Of a stretch of DNA of 64,000 nucleotides, positions 13,836-25,704 are shown in pieces (within the stretch, counting starts at the first letter, position 1; each line of letters begins with the position of its first letter). The translations under genes and the position numbers were made by a program. Source of the stretch: Podospora anserina (taxonomy: Eukaryota); NCBI GenBank assembly GCA_017654855.1, contig CM030334.1:930001-994000 (forward strand), in the 5' to 3' direction. Below the pieces are notes generated by a model. It saw only the letters and a program-made list of their open reading frames with translations, searched no databases and had not been told where the DNA came from.

Positions 13836-15164
13836 TCAAGTCTGAGACGGTTCAGATTTAGCTTCAAGGTCTAGTCGCAAAATTGGAGGGAGAGAAACAC
13901 CGAAGCGGTTCCAGGTTCTGTGGTCATGCTCTCGTGAAGCCCGGCGCACTAGATCATAATGTTCATCCTCCAGTATCAAAACATCTGTTGACCTGCTCGG
14001 TCCGCTCCTGTGAAACAATGCCCCCGTTGGCACTGCAGTCCATGTATGGCTTGCAACGCGACGGTATGCTCTGGAAAGCTTCCCATTTATAACGAAACTC
14101 CCTCCCGGAACAGGCTGAACATAAAGAGCCAAGAGAACCCAGCGGTTGTCACTATTCAAGATATCGCACCCAATGATCGCCATCTGAACCTTTTCCTCAT
14201 CGTCTTCGGAATCGTGGATTTCGAGTACATTTTTCGGCACCCATGTGCGGTCCTCAACCAGGATTTCGACAATGTTCAAGCGTACTGACAACCCAACATT
14301 GGTCATATAGAAAGGAGCGAGGTTGCGAGGAGCCCATAACCCAAGAGTCGGTGGGCAGGCAAATGCAGCAGGTGAACTGGCTAGAAATCCACTACTTGAC
14401 ACATCTTCCTTCCACACGAAAAGACTTTGGTCAAAGGACACACGCATGATCTCTTTTTGTAGCCGACGGAATGCCTTCTTGCCCCCCTCGCCATAGAGAA
14501 TAGGCATGCAAATGTTGAAGATGCCCATGAGGCTGTAGGTTATGTCTTCGCTGCGTGTGGTATGTCGCTCTGATGCCCATCCCATTCGTTCCGATATGCT
14601 CACCTCGGAGACATTGTCACGAAATAGAAGACAGGCGTCGCCAATCTTAGTGATGTTCGAGATAACGCTGACGAGGTGCCTGTTTGTGATGGGTTGCCAT
14701 GTGGCGTCGAAGAATGATCTTGTCTCAGGGGCAAGGAGCTCTTGAAGGGTCCAACCGCGTGTGAACCACCGACATGGCCTTAAAGCATCATCAAGCTTGG
14801 CAATCGATAGGCTTCCCCAGTCAGCCATCGCTTTGGTATCGGAGAGGTAGACGAGGCAGTCTCCTGAGTCGTAGTAATAGCGGTACATGGAGTTGATGGC
14901 CTCGGATAGGTCGGCACTGTTGCGCTTGTCGATGCAGCAGGTGTCTACCCAACCATATTCGTAACCCTTTTGACTTGCGAGGCGGCAAAAGTTGGTGATC
15001 TTTGCGAAACCGGTCTTGTTGGTGATGGTTTCGCGCAAGCCCTGCATCTCCACAAAGGTCACTTCCTGACTTGGGACATCCCAGGTATGGGACAGGATGG
15101 CATAGGGTGGAAGGTCATTGCAGAACTCTTCTAGTTTCAAAGTGATTGTGTTGAGAAGCCACAT
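13836..15164 (-). CDS. HET-domain (heterokaryon incompatibility, PF06985-like) protein, 442 aa
   Basis: MWLLNT..L, PYAILSHTW, WVDTCCIDK, LSEAINSMYRYY, WFTRGWTLQELLAP, SERMGWAS.R.TTR.ED..YSLMGIF, LYGEG..AFRRLQ motifs. Confidence 0.93.
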   Translation of the reverse strand: MWLLNTITLKLEEFCNDLPPYAILSHTWDVPSQEVTFVEMQGLRETITNKTGFAKITNFCRLASQKGYEYGWVDTCCIDKRNSADLSEAINSMYRYYYDSGDCLVYLSDTKAMADWGSLSIAKLDDALRPCRWFTRGWTLQELLAPETRSFFDATWQPITNRHLVSVISNITKIGDACLLFRDNVSEVSISERMGWASERHTTRSEDITYSLMGIFNICMPILYGEGGKKAFRRLQKEIMRVSFDQSLFVWKEDVSSSGFLASSPAAFACPPTLGLWAPRNLAPFYMTNVGLSVRLNIVEILVEDRTWVPKNVLEIHDSEDDEEKVQMAIIGCDILNSDNRWVLLALYVQPVPGGSFVINGKLSRAYRRVASHTWTAVPTGALFHRSGPSRSTDVLILEDEHYDLVRRASREHDHRTWNRFGVSLPPILRLDLEAKSEPSQT

Positions 15165-15659
15165 AGTGATGGCAGATGATGATCATGTTGTAGGGTTTTG
15201 TTGATTGTTCAGGGAACATTTCTCGTGTTTACGTGCGGGGAACGGGACCCAAGCATGTGACCCAGCGGCCAATGACCTGCTACATGCATGAGGACATGCA
15301 GCCGAGCTGAAAGATTGTAACCTGCTATCAACATCAACATCATTTCTCTGTCTTGGTACAACTTATGATCGTTAGATGGCTCTAGTGTTGAGAGCCTGAA
15401 TTCTTACACGAGGTTCCCTGGTATTATGCCCGTCAGGGGAGAGGTCGTCGAACAGATACAAGTTGATTATGAATGACAATTGGCAAGGCATAACGAAGGA
15501 CGATGAACAGTAAATTGCATTGAGTAGGTAGTGTGCTTGAAGCGGCCAGGTGGGTGGTTATGTACCCGTGGACCTTATGTTGGGCGCCGCCGCCTGCTCC
15601 CAGCTGTCCTTGGCCTTCTCCCGCCAGAAGCACACGCTGAACAGGTCACCTGGGAGCTC

Positions 15660-18269
15660 CTATTCCACCTGTAGCACAACCTCCGCCGACTTGACACCAT
15701 TCGCCGTGGCCGCCACTGTAATCGCCCCCGATGCTCCAACCTTTGCACGCACAATAGCCAACGCTCGTCCTCGAAACGCTTTCCTCTCCTTTGACGGGAA
15801 CGCAACCATATCAGTCGAGTCTCCATTATCCGTAGTGACAATGTCACCAGGCCCAGTGATGGAAAATGTGATGTTGGGTTCCGCGGTGGGAACAACATCG
15901 CCCTTGTCGTCCACGACAGCAACACTGACAAAAGAGAGATCCTCGCCGTCAGCTTTGATCGTCGCGCGGTTATGATACGTCGACAACCGCAACTGAGAGG
16001 CCGTCCCGGTAGTCCGAACTGTCGCATTCGCCCATTCATTCCCATCCTTGTATGTCACGACACGCACCTCTCCTGGCTGGTAGGTGACCTGGTCCCACCG
16101 GAAACGATAGGTGTACTGCGCCTTCTTCTGTCGACCCTGGGACTTGCCGTTGACGAAAAGCTCGGCTTCGTCACCCGAAGAGTACACATGAACAGGCGTG
16201 ACTTGACCGACGCGATTGGGCCAGTTCCAGTGAGGCAGGATGTGGGCTATCTTCACGCTTGGGTTCCATCTTGACTGGTAAAGGTAGAACCGGTCCTTGG
16301 GAAACCCAGCAAGGTCGATGATGCCAAAGTAGCTGCTCCGAGAGGAATCATATGGCGTCGGCTCTCCAATGTAATCCCAGCCTGTCCAAACAAACTCACC
16401 CGCAACGTACGAATACCGATCTTGTGCCACAAAGACCTTGTCAGGTGAAGCACCCCATTCCATGGCGTACAGGTCATACGAACTGACTTGTCTAGTAGTA
16501 GGATCGGCGCCAGGACCATTCGCCCGTACAATCGCGTTGTTGCTGTTCACCACTGGGAAGAGGTATGTGTCCCTGGAGCTGACCACCGACGAGCTCTCAG
16601 TGCTGAAGATCAACTTGTTAGGGAACCGTCCCCGGAAGTTTTCGAACGTTGGCGCGCCGTTTCCTTTGCCCTCTCCCTGATAGTTCAACCCGATAAGATC
16701 AACAATCGAGACAAAGGCCGTGTCAGGCCCAGCGTTGTTCATTCCGACGGTGGACTGTCTGGTGGCGTCCTCCTGGCGAACAATATTTCGAAGACGCTCA
16801 GCTTGTGCTGCACCGTTGCTGCTTCCCTGCTCTGCGACCTCGTTTCCAAAGGACCAGGCCCAAATTGAAGGATGGTTGCGGTCACGGCGAACAAACGCTC
16901 TGAGATCTGGCTCAGACCAGTCGGCAAAGATGGTCTGGAAATCGTTGCGAGTCTTGTGGCTGCCCCACGTGTCGAAGATCTCGTCCAGAACAAGGAAACC
17001 CATCTTGTCAGCAAGATCGAGCAGCTCAGGCGCTGGAGGATTGTGTGAGGTTCTCATCGCGTTGGTTCCCATATCCTGGAGCATCTCCAGCTGACGCCGA
17101 GCAGCCGGAATGTTGAAGGCGGCTCCCAACGACCCAAGATCATGGTGCTGGCAAACACCCTGAATGTACACGCGCTGACCGTTGACACGCAGTCCATCGC
17201 CAAGGTACTGCAGAGAGCGGATGCCGAAAGGAGTTTCGTATGTGTCTACTAGCTGGTCCCCAACGTAAAGACGGGTGATGGTAACATGCATATTGGGCTC
17301 CTGCGTCGGACGTGGACCCCAAAGCTTTGGGTTCTGCACAGTCGCTGATGCATTCACAGATGCAATAGACCCTGGGGAGACGCTGACTGTGGCGTTAGAG
17401 AAACCACCGATCTTTGCTCCCGCCTTCCCCGAGACCGCATCGTAAGAATGAATGTCAGTGACGACCTGGACCTGACCTGCTGCGGCGGTTGTTGCGCTGT
17501 TCTCCACCTGAACAGTGAGGTCAAGCGTTGCCGTTTGAGCTGACGAGCTCCTGGTTTTGACGAAGGTACCGAACTGGCCGACGTGGATGGGGTTTACTTT
17601 GGTCAACCAAACGTTGCGGTAGATCCCTGCACCTGGATACCATCGCGACGACTCAACGGCTTGGTCAAGGCGAATAGCTAGCTGATTGCTTCCGGACTGC
17701 AGATACGGAGTGAGGTCGACACGGAATGAGGCATAGCCATACGGCCATCCACCAGCGATCTTCCCATTGATCCAGACCGCAGCATAGGACATGGCGCCGT
17801 CAACCTCGAGATACACAGATTTCCCCTCGTCGCCCGGGTTGAGCGTGAACTTCTTGCGGTACCATCCAACCCCCTGGATGGGAAGACGACCCATGTTTCC
17901 TCCGACGGGAACATTGTTGCCGACATAGAAAGGTCCTTTGACAGCCCAGTCGTGAGGCAGACTCAGGGCTTCCCACGAGTTATCATTGAAGTTTGCTTGG
18001 GTGTAGGTGACGTTGGGTGGCTCGTTGGATGGGCGCTTGGTGCGGCGGGAGGCATCATTGATGAAGTTGTTGGCTGATGGTGTAAGCCATGGCTTCAGGG
18101 TGTTGTAGTTGAGGTTGTCAGGATTCGAGGTGAAGCGTTGGAAACGCCAGTCCGCGTTCAAGCTTATTCTTTCGCGAGTTGCTGCTTGTGCGAGGACTCC
18201 AACGATGAAAAGCACCACTGCTACCAGCAGTTGCCGCACGACACTGGAGGCCGCACAGCGCGAAGACAT
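15660..18269 (-). CDS. Secreted glycoside hydrolase family 2 (beta-galactosidase-like), 869 aa, intronless
   Basis: Signal peptide; LPHDW, GWYRK, WYPGAGIYRNV, RTSHNPP, DRNHPSI..WS.GNE (acid/base), GEFVWTGWDYIGEPTP, HILPHWNW. Confidence 0.93.
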   Translation of the reverse strand: MSSRCAASSVVRQLLVAVVLFIVGVLAQAATRERISLNADWRFQRFTSNPDNLNYNTLKPWLTPSANNFINDASRRTKRPSNEPPNVTYTQANFNDNSWEALSLPHDWAVKGPFYVGNNVPVGGNMGRLPIQGVGWYRKKFTLNPGDEGKSVYLEVDGAMSYAAVWINGKIAGGWPYGYASFRVDLTPYLQSGSNQLAIRLDQAVESSRWYPGAGIYRNVWLTKVNPIHVGQFGTFVKTRSSSAQTATLDLTVQVENSATTAAAGQVQVVTDIHSYDAVSGKAGAKIGGFSNATVSVSPGSIASVNASATVQNPKLWGPRPTQEPNMHVTITRLYVGDQLVDTYETPFGIRSLQYLGDGLRVNGQRVYIQGVCQHHDLGSLGAAFNIPAARRQLEMLQDMGTNAMRTSHNPPAPELLDLADKMGFLVLDEIFDTWGSHKTRNDFQTIFADWSEPDLRAFVRRDRNHPSIWAWSFGNEVAEQGSSNGAAQAERLRNIVRQEDATRQSTVGMNNAGPDTAFVSIVDLIGLNYQGEGKGNGAPTFENFRGRFPNKLIFSTESSSVVSSRDTYLFPVVNSNNAIVRANGPGADPTTRQVSSYDLYAMEWGASPDKVFVAQDRYSYVAGEFVWTGWDYIGEPTPYDSSRSSYFGIIDLAGFPKDRFYLYQSRWNPSVKIAHILPHWNWPNRVGQVTPVHVYSSGDEAELFVNGKSQGRQKKAQYTYRFRWDQVTYQPGEVRVVTYKDGNEWANATVRTTGTASQLRLSTYHNRATIKADGEDLSFVSVAVVDDKGDVVPTAEPNITFSITGPGDIVTTDNGDSTDMVAFPSKERKAFRGRALAIVRAKVGASGAITVAATANGVKSAEVVLQVE

Positions 18270-21200
18270 GATGAATTAGGCCTACTCTGGCCAGCACCTA
18301 CCGTTCGTCTGATCTGATCAAACAATGCGGCAACATTTAACCTTAAAGTCAACCTCAGACGGAAAGACTTCATCTCCATCCTCCCCATGATCTCGACAGC
18401 AGGTAGCCGTCACGCTGGCGGCTATCATCTCAACCACTGCCTTCTATTGGGGCGCTACAATTTGTCCTTGTCAGGAGACAGTGGATAGCTGTCGGGCAGT
18501 TCCCCTCGTGGTACATCACACAATCATACCGTTGCTCTCACATGGCAAAATATTTCTCCATCATAGCCTAAGTTGCAGATCGATTCCGTTCCTGTGATAC
18601 TTGTCGCCCAATCACCGCCCGGCAGAGAGTGGTACAATATTTCTCCAGTGTTTCAGTGAACGTTACCTCGAGACCCCTCCTATTTGTTGGTCACGGCCCC
18701 GCAGATGACATGATGGACTTGGGGTGAGGTTGTACTCGAGAGCCGTTATGCCGGTCTTGGCGCATGAGGAGATACATGTTGCTTCGGGCCGTGCCGGACC
18801 GGAGGATGCCAATGGTGCGTAAATGTTTCGGCCATTTGAAGATGCACCGAGGACCATGGATAGAGGTAGAACACGCGGGAAATCGTTGCCATTCCTGCGG
18901 TATGGATATCTTCTCATATGGAACCTGGGTGCACGTATACGTTAGATACATCATCAGGGTGATTTGGTAGCGTAAAGACAGCTGATTTTCGAAAAGGCGC
19001 CAACGTAGCAGATCACCTTGTTGCATATTGGTGTCTTTGGGCCATCTTCCCAGTATGACGTGAGGGATATTCCCAGCCACTTCACCGCTGAGCAATCAGC
19101 AATTGTTAAGCTTATACACTTCAAGGATATCTATATTCATAAGGCAATAGAGATGCTCTATACACTGCTTACCTAGAGTTCGAGGTCGCCATCCCACTTG
19201 TGTCCTCATGGGTTGTAGACGTCTTGGAAGACCTCATAGAGAACCTCTCCTTCAGCGGAATCATGCGATAAGTTCGTATCAGGCATCTGACATACCTACT
19301 TGTAATCACCCCAATAGAAAACCTACCTATCATTGACGGTGTAGCTTGCGTATAGCCATGGTCTTGACAGTTACAGAGTATATAAATGTGCCATAGCATG
19401 AGCACCTAGTGAAAGCAGATGAATTTAGAATACCTATTTTTCTACCAAAGCCACACACTCACCAGTGCTGAATAAACAGCAAGATGGCTAGTAGCCGCAT
19501 AAGAGATCCAATGCGTGAGGCTAAGCAGGTGCACAACTAAGCATTACTATCCCCACCTCGTTTAATTACATAGATGACACTTCAGTACACTTCTTCGAAT
19601 CTTACAAATAACTTAAAACAGAAAATAACACATCTTGAGTGAAATTATGGTGGCTCCTTAGAATATAGCATCCTTTAAACCGTTAGCGTACCCATTCAAG
19701 AGGCTTTTTGCAAGAACGTTTCCTTGGATATTACCTCGCTTAATTAAGAACCTCGATTCTAATAGTAAGGGTTTCTAATGTGCGCTAGAGCATGGCTAAC
19801 GCCGTCGACTTCAAAATCGCTATCTCTATAAAACCCCTGTTGAGGGAGTCCTGATAAAGTAGAACCGGGTCAACCGTAGAAGCTCACACACGAGATACAA
19901 ATGTTCAGCTTACTGACAGCATGAACTGAGATACTATCTATAAAAATCTGTGATGGTGACTGCCATAAGCTCGGATGGCATCTATCATAAGCTCCACTCT
20001 CCAGACGCCGTTGAACAGGCGCATCACCCACTGGATCGATTGTCATGCGCTAAAATAAACCGACATCCTATTTCCCAGAGACTTTTCATCTCATATCACG
20101 GCCCACGTGCGAGGGCTCGCACTGTGCTCGAAGCAAACTGGAAAAAAAGAGCACCCTGCCCGCCGAAATTCTCCGCCATTTTCCGAATCTTTATCTCCCT
20201 CTCGGCCTCTCCTTTTTCACTCTGCAACTCCACTCTCACAGTCGTGAACCATGTTGATCCCGAGCCAAAGTTGGCAGACCCACGCGGCGGAGAAGAGCGA
20301 GAGCCTTCTTGCCAGTATACCCGACGGTTGGAAGCTCTCGCCAGAGGACTCCACGAAAGCGAAAAGCCAACGCGACATCACTGGTGTTGTTCGAGAGCAC
20401 TTGGAAGCCGCCGAAGCGTCGATATTAGCCAAAGACGCTCCAGCTATCGTCAGTCACTTGAAGGATGGGACCTACAGTGCTGTGCAGGTCACCACTTCTT
20501 CTTGCAAAGCGGCAGCCATTGCCCACCAATTTGTAAGTCTTCCACATACCTAGGTAGTCATTCGCTCCAGAGAGATAAAAGTACGGGCATGCTAAAGTGC
20601 TCTGGCTTTTCGTAGGGCAACTGTCTTATGAAATCCTCTTTGACCAGGCCTTGGAACGTGACCAAGGCTCTCGACGCCCATTTCAAGGAGACAGGAACGG
20701 CCTCTGGACCTCTTCACAGTCTTCCCGTCAGTTTGAAGGACCAGTTCCACGTCAAAGGCGTCTATACAACTATGGGATACGTCGGATGGATAGGCAGCAA
20801 CCTCGGCATCAAGGACCCCAACCAGGCTCACAAGATGGAGAGTCAAATCACTACAGAATTCCTATCTTTGGGGGCAGTGCTGTACTGCAAGGCTAGCCTC
20901 CCGCAGACACTCCTCTTCGGCGAGACCAAAAACAACATCATCGGCGAAACACTGAACCCGCATAACCAGAATCTGTCATGTGGTGGTTCCTCCGGAGGCG
21001 AAGGTACCCTTCAAGCCTTGGGGGCAGTATTCTGGGAGTAGGCACGGATATTGGTAGCTCGGTTCGCATTACTGCTGCGTTCAATGAAATCTTTCCCCTC
21101 AAGCCTCCGCCTGAGCGACTTTCGTACCGAGATGTCGCCAATACCAACCCGGGCCAGAATACATACCGATCGAGTGTTGGTTTCCTCAGTACGTCCGTTG

Positions 21201-21925
21201 CAGGGCTTGAGCTTGCCCTTCGTGCTACGCTTTCCACCAAACCTTGGGAGAGGGATCCAGCAGTTGTGCCGATTCCCTTCCGTCAAGATGTCTTCGACGA
21301 ATATCGGTGCCGGGCTAGAGGTGATGGAACAGCTTCAAAGCCGTTAAAACTCGGAATTCTTTGCTACGTACTTGTCTTCCCACGCTCATGGACAATCAGA
21401 AAAGACATCTCTGCTTCCTTAATATGCCTATAACGTATTTGATAAGCGAGCGGATCGGATAAGCGAGTGGATCGATTTCGCACGCAATACAGCTCTCTAC
21501 CTGCAACATCAATTTCCTCCTACCATACTAAGATATCTTCGATTCTAGTTAAGGCAAAAGTTGTTCTTACACTTAAAGCCCTTAAAAATAACCCTAAGCT
21601 AAGCCTCAAAGCTACAGCGAGGCTCTATTCTGTACCTTATACTACCCTCTATCGCCGACGCGCTAGTAAGCCTGCACGGCGCGATATTCCAGCCAACTCA
21701 CGTAATCTAACGGATCTGGAGGAGCAGACGATAGTTTAGTACGTCCTTGAGCTCTCTACACGCGTATTCCCACCTAGATTAAGTAGTATAAAAGATATAG
21801 CCAACCAACTACTACGCGTACGCAACGCGCCTCCTATTAGTAAACGCTAGGCTTATAACTTCGTTAAACGCTAGCTATAGCTCCGTACGCGTTTTACGCG
21901 TAGATACGATTACTAAAGGGCTAAG

Positions 21926-22309
21926 TGTCACGGCTTTGACACTCAGCGGGGCGCAGGCGCACCACGGACCAATCATCAGAACAGGATCAAGGACCAATCA
22001 GAACAGGATCATTGGGATCGAGGATCGATCCAGAAGAGTCAATCCCAAAATGGACAGTATCGATGGGATCGATACTCGAGTCCATCGATCCAGGACGGTG
22101 CCAGGCTTGGCACAGGGTCTATATATACGGAGGAACTGGGTGGCGTAGATAGACAGTTCCGCAGTATGCAATTGCACAGTTGTATTCACGGTATCTTGCG
22201 TTTACATTGAGACATCTTGTTGTGCACTGTCTAGCTGCACCGAACCAATTGTCAGAAGTTACCTTCAACCCGTATCCCTTTCAGAGGTTCTGTACAGGGG
22301 TTCGTCACA
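21926..22309. mobile_element. Solo LTR (~384 bp) nested in the Fot1-like element
   Basis: Begins TGTCACG, ends CGTCACA (TG...CA, imperfect terminal IR). Abruptly interrupts the transposase after ...RYDY*RAK. TATA-like CTATATATAC and internal GGACCAATCA-GAACAGGATCA direct repeats. Confidence 0.8.
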
Positions 22310-22755
22310 CGTAACCACCGATAATAACTAAACTACTAATCTAATAAGCCTAAATTAAATTAAACACTTCGATTATTATAGCGTCCTATATAAAAGGTAA
22401 ATACCGGTTATTAATCCTCGACGGCTACAAAAACCACTACACGATCGGATTCGAGCGCTACTACTAATAAAACAACATTATTACGCTCTACATACCTCCA
22501 CATTCCTCCCACCTCCTCCAGCCACTCGATATTGGCTACTTTGGGCCGCTAAAATAGGCGTACGGTTACCAAATCGAGGACTTAATGCGCGCGCATATCA
22601 ACCACGTAAGCAAGGTCGAGTTCCTCTATACCTTCCGCGAGGGCCTTCTTCGCCTTTATAACGGAGAAGAATATATAGGGTAGTTTTGCGGGTACTGGCC
22701 TTATACCGTACGATCTAGAAAGGGTGCTTTTTAAGCTAGATATAAAGCTTTATAC

Positions 22756-23118
22756 TGGTTTGGGGTACGGCCACAGGCCTGAGAGTATGAGTAAGGAAGC
22801 GGGGCGCTCAGAGGACTCAGGGGTTCAGGGGGGCCATGTATATAAGTGGTCTGCTTCGGACATTCTATTTTAGACAGGACATCGACTTTTATTTTTCTTC
22901 GTATTTTGTGCCTTGCACGCGTGCAGGCAATTCTGGCCCTCTGATCAGGCCAATCCGGTGCTTATTATGTGGCCTGCGAGCCCATAGTGTCTTTTCTTTG
23001 TCCTACGTGAAGTGCGGCCTGCGAGCGAGTCACTGTCACGCAGGTGTGTTCATTCTGAGACCTGTTGAGGGTATATTTGTGCTGTTGTGGTTGTTTTGTG
23101 TGTTTTCTCACCATTTCA
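22756..23118. mobile_element. Second, unrelated solo LTR (~363 bp) nested in the Fot1-like element
   Basis: TG...CA ends, 4-bp target-site duplication ATAC (22752-22755, 23119-23122). Removing it rejoins the transposase LDIKLYT-LIPP segment. TATATAAG at ~22839. Confidence 0.8.
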
Positions 23119-23760
23119 ATACGTTAATACCCCCGACTTTACGGCCCGGCACTCCATAACCTTAGGTATTTTAGATACTATAAAACCTCCGAGAAGCCAA
23201 TTTACAATTAACGCTTATTAAGACTTGTATTACTAACTATTAAAATAGCTCCCTAACTTCAATATTAACTATAGTAAACCAGCTTACTAAAGGTACAATA
23301 GCTATAATACACTAGGTGGCTCTCCTTCGTGCAGAGAACGCTGTACTCCGTAAGGCTAACGAGGCTTTAAGCAAACGCCGGAGAGCCAAAAGAACACGTG
23401 TGTAGCTTGGAGGATCACTTACTGTGTAAGATGCACAGGATCTACTAGACCAGAAGGCCGTGGGTGGGGAGGTAGTGGAAGAAATACAGCCGGATGGCGG
23501 TAGTGCAGGGGGGCCTCGTACGAAGGTTCGGTGCTGTGGTGTGTGCGGCAAGCCTAGCCATAATATCCGTACGTGCCAGGAGGTTGCAGAAGAGTCTGAT
23601 TCAGCTGTTTCTGATGTAATTGTAGTAGGTTAGTAGTATTGTTGTTTTGCAATTGAGGATAGTTGTAATAGGGTAGTAGAAATCGATCCACTCGCTTGTC
23701 CGATCCGCTCGCTTATCAAATACGTTATATAGTCATTGAAGCTCTATTAATCCCTTCATA

Positions 23761-24056
23761 ACACCTACTTACTATTTTTCAACACATATTTTCTATCCTT
23801 TGAGCCTTACCATGTCTTCATGTCTCTTCACTCTGCTTTGCCCCTATTTACTATTCTTCATCACGTATTTAATATCTTTTATCACCTATTCATTATCATC
23901 TAACGCCTATTTACTATCTTTACACACGAATGCATGTTTGCAAATTTTCAACAGATATCCACCATCTTTCAACAAGTACTTGCTTTCTTTTTATGCATCT
24001 TAGTTTCTCCCCAATGGCTACCGACTGTCTTTTTACGCCTGCTCACCATCTTGGTA
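23761..24056. repeat. Degenerate 21-bp tandem repeat (minisatellite), AT-shifted
   Basis: Units such as ACACCTACTTACTATTTTTCA (23761), GCCCCTATTTACTATTCTTCA (23840), TCACCTATTCATTATCATCTA (23882), ACGCCTATTTACTATCTTTAC (23903), ACGCCTGCTCACCATCTTGG (~24035). Confidence 0.7.
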
Positions 24057-25107
24057 CCTTTGAGCTATGAAGTGTGACATTAGGACTGATCAAGCCGTCG
24101 GCCCACATCCTCCCATTCTCAGGGGTCTTCGCCATGTAGCAGATGCCCTCAAGGCAGACGGGCAAAATGTGGTTGATTGGGAGCCGCCGCTTCAGACTAC
24201 CGCTAAGCGGGTTCATGTAAGCCCCCTTCTAGGTTCTCTTCAATGTCGGAATTGCTTGACTGCAGACCGACAACAATCCGGCATGGCAAAGGTCTCCTTC
24301 CTCCTAGCAGACGGCGGAAACGACATCCACCCCCACCTCGTTCTTTCAGGAGAGCCCCTGATCCCCGACCTCCAAGAATCATTCCAGTTCAAAGCCGCAG
24401 ATTGACCTCCTCGAGCATCAGAACCTCACTTTTTTCAGGGGTTGGAATATGAGGCGGCCTATTGCGAATATTGGAACTCGACAAGCGAGAATAATGGTCA
24501 GATCGTGGATGCAGTCATCATTCCAGTGGCCCCGCACGCTGCGGTGATTCCAGACAAATGTTATCATACTGGTGAAAATGGGGTCACATTGCACCGCTGA
24601 AAGCTGCCTTTCAAACTACCGATAAACAAAAAGCCTACACCGAAGTTATCAATTTGATGAACTACTCTGCGGCTGTCATCCCCATGACCAAGGCAGACAA
24701 GACGATCGACGTCGTCCCGAAGGGTGACAATGCCTACAAACCTCTCAATGAAGTCGATCAACAGAAATGGGAGGCCTGCAAGTCCTTCCCTTCTCCACCT
24801 AGTTACCTACCTTGGGTGCTAATGCCTGACTCCGCAGATGATCCCGAAATCTACGACGGGGTCCCGGTTGGCGTACAGATTGTGGCACGGACATTTGAAG
24901 AAGAAAAGGTCCTTGCCATTGCTGGAATCGTCACTGCTTGCTTGAACGTGGCAGTTTGTTGCGAGTATGCTTCCAGTTGTTGGGTATAGGGGCAACAAGA
25001 CTCTTGCACTTCTCAGCCGCGCGAATTTACCAGGAGGGATTCGGCATTCTCGACTTTCAAGGTGAGATTTGGGAGGAGAGGCCTGGCCGAGAGTGAGAAA
25101 GGAGAAG

Positions 25108-25704
25108 TCATGGAGAAGAGATGATGACAAATGGACGGAGACTTGATTTCTGCACACAGAGCTCTCCTTGGTTCCAAATTTGCTTCGACGACAGTGTGAA
25201 TGTCAAACACTTCCACACCATCCTCATCTTTAACCCAATCAATAGCCTAGATACACAAAACCCATCCAACCGAGATGTCTCTGCACCGCTCAATAACTCT
25301 CAATCCTATAAACCTCATACGCCGGCTCCTCAAAAGGATGCGCCCTGCCACATAACGTCAGCACACCATTCAACACCTGTTACATGTACATGTAAGTTGA
25401 GTAAAACCTACCTCTTCAAAGCCTCCACCGCCCTCCTAACCACATCCTCCCCCACAACCAACGTCTCAACTCTCGCCTCCTCAATCCTCTCCAACCTTCC
25501 AACCACCCCCGTATGCGGATTAGCCCCTTTCCCGGGTCTGAACTGCCCCGTTCCCATCGCTGTCCAGCAGCACTCGGTGTAGTTCCCCGGTCCGGGGTAC
25601 CGCCCCGCTCCAACCTTGAACACGGCAGCTTTGCATTGCTCAGTGTGGGAGGTAGGGACGAAAAAGACTAGTTTGAAGCGTTGTGTTGTGGCGAGGCTGC
25701 CCAT
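25108..25704 (-). CDS. Small NIF3/YqfO-like (PII-like insert domain) protein; exons 25704-25412, 25344-25108
   Basis: KLVFFVP...K.AVFKVGAG..PG.GNYTECCW...GTGQFRPG.GANPH.G..G.LE..EE.RVE, spliced to AHPFEEPAYEVY. The 3' end is uncertain. Confidence 0.8.

Larger units (their letters stand above)
21433..23725 (+). mobile_element. Fot1/pogo-family (Tc1-mariner superfamily) DNA transposon, RIP-inactivated and internally deleted
   Basis: 47-bp TIRs (21433-21479, 23679-23725; one mismatch) starting ACGT, with TA on both sides. Transposase relics: HTH (LSLKATARLYSVPYTTL), LILDG...PPHSSHLLQPLD DDE region, C-terminal CGVCGKPSHNIRTC zinc knuckle. Many TAA/TAG stops. Confidence 0.95.
20251..24989 (+). 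pseudogene. Amidase (acetamidase-type, amidase-signature family) pseudogene interrupted by transposon insertions
   Basis: GPLHSLPVSLKDQF, GGSSGGEG, GTDIGSSVRI, GPHPPILRGL and PVGVQIVAR..EEKVLA fragments lie in different frames (shifts near 20625, 20660, 21020, 24400). The donor at 21364 reads CTACGT instead of GTACGT, and that intron (21364-24083) is expanded to ~2.7 kb. Confidence 0.9.
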
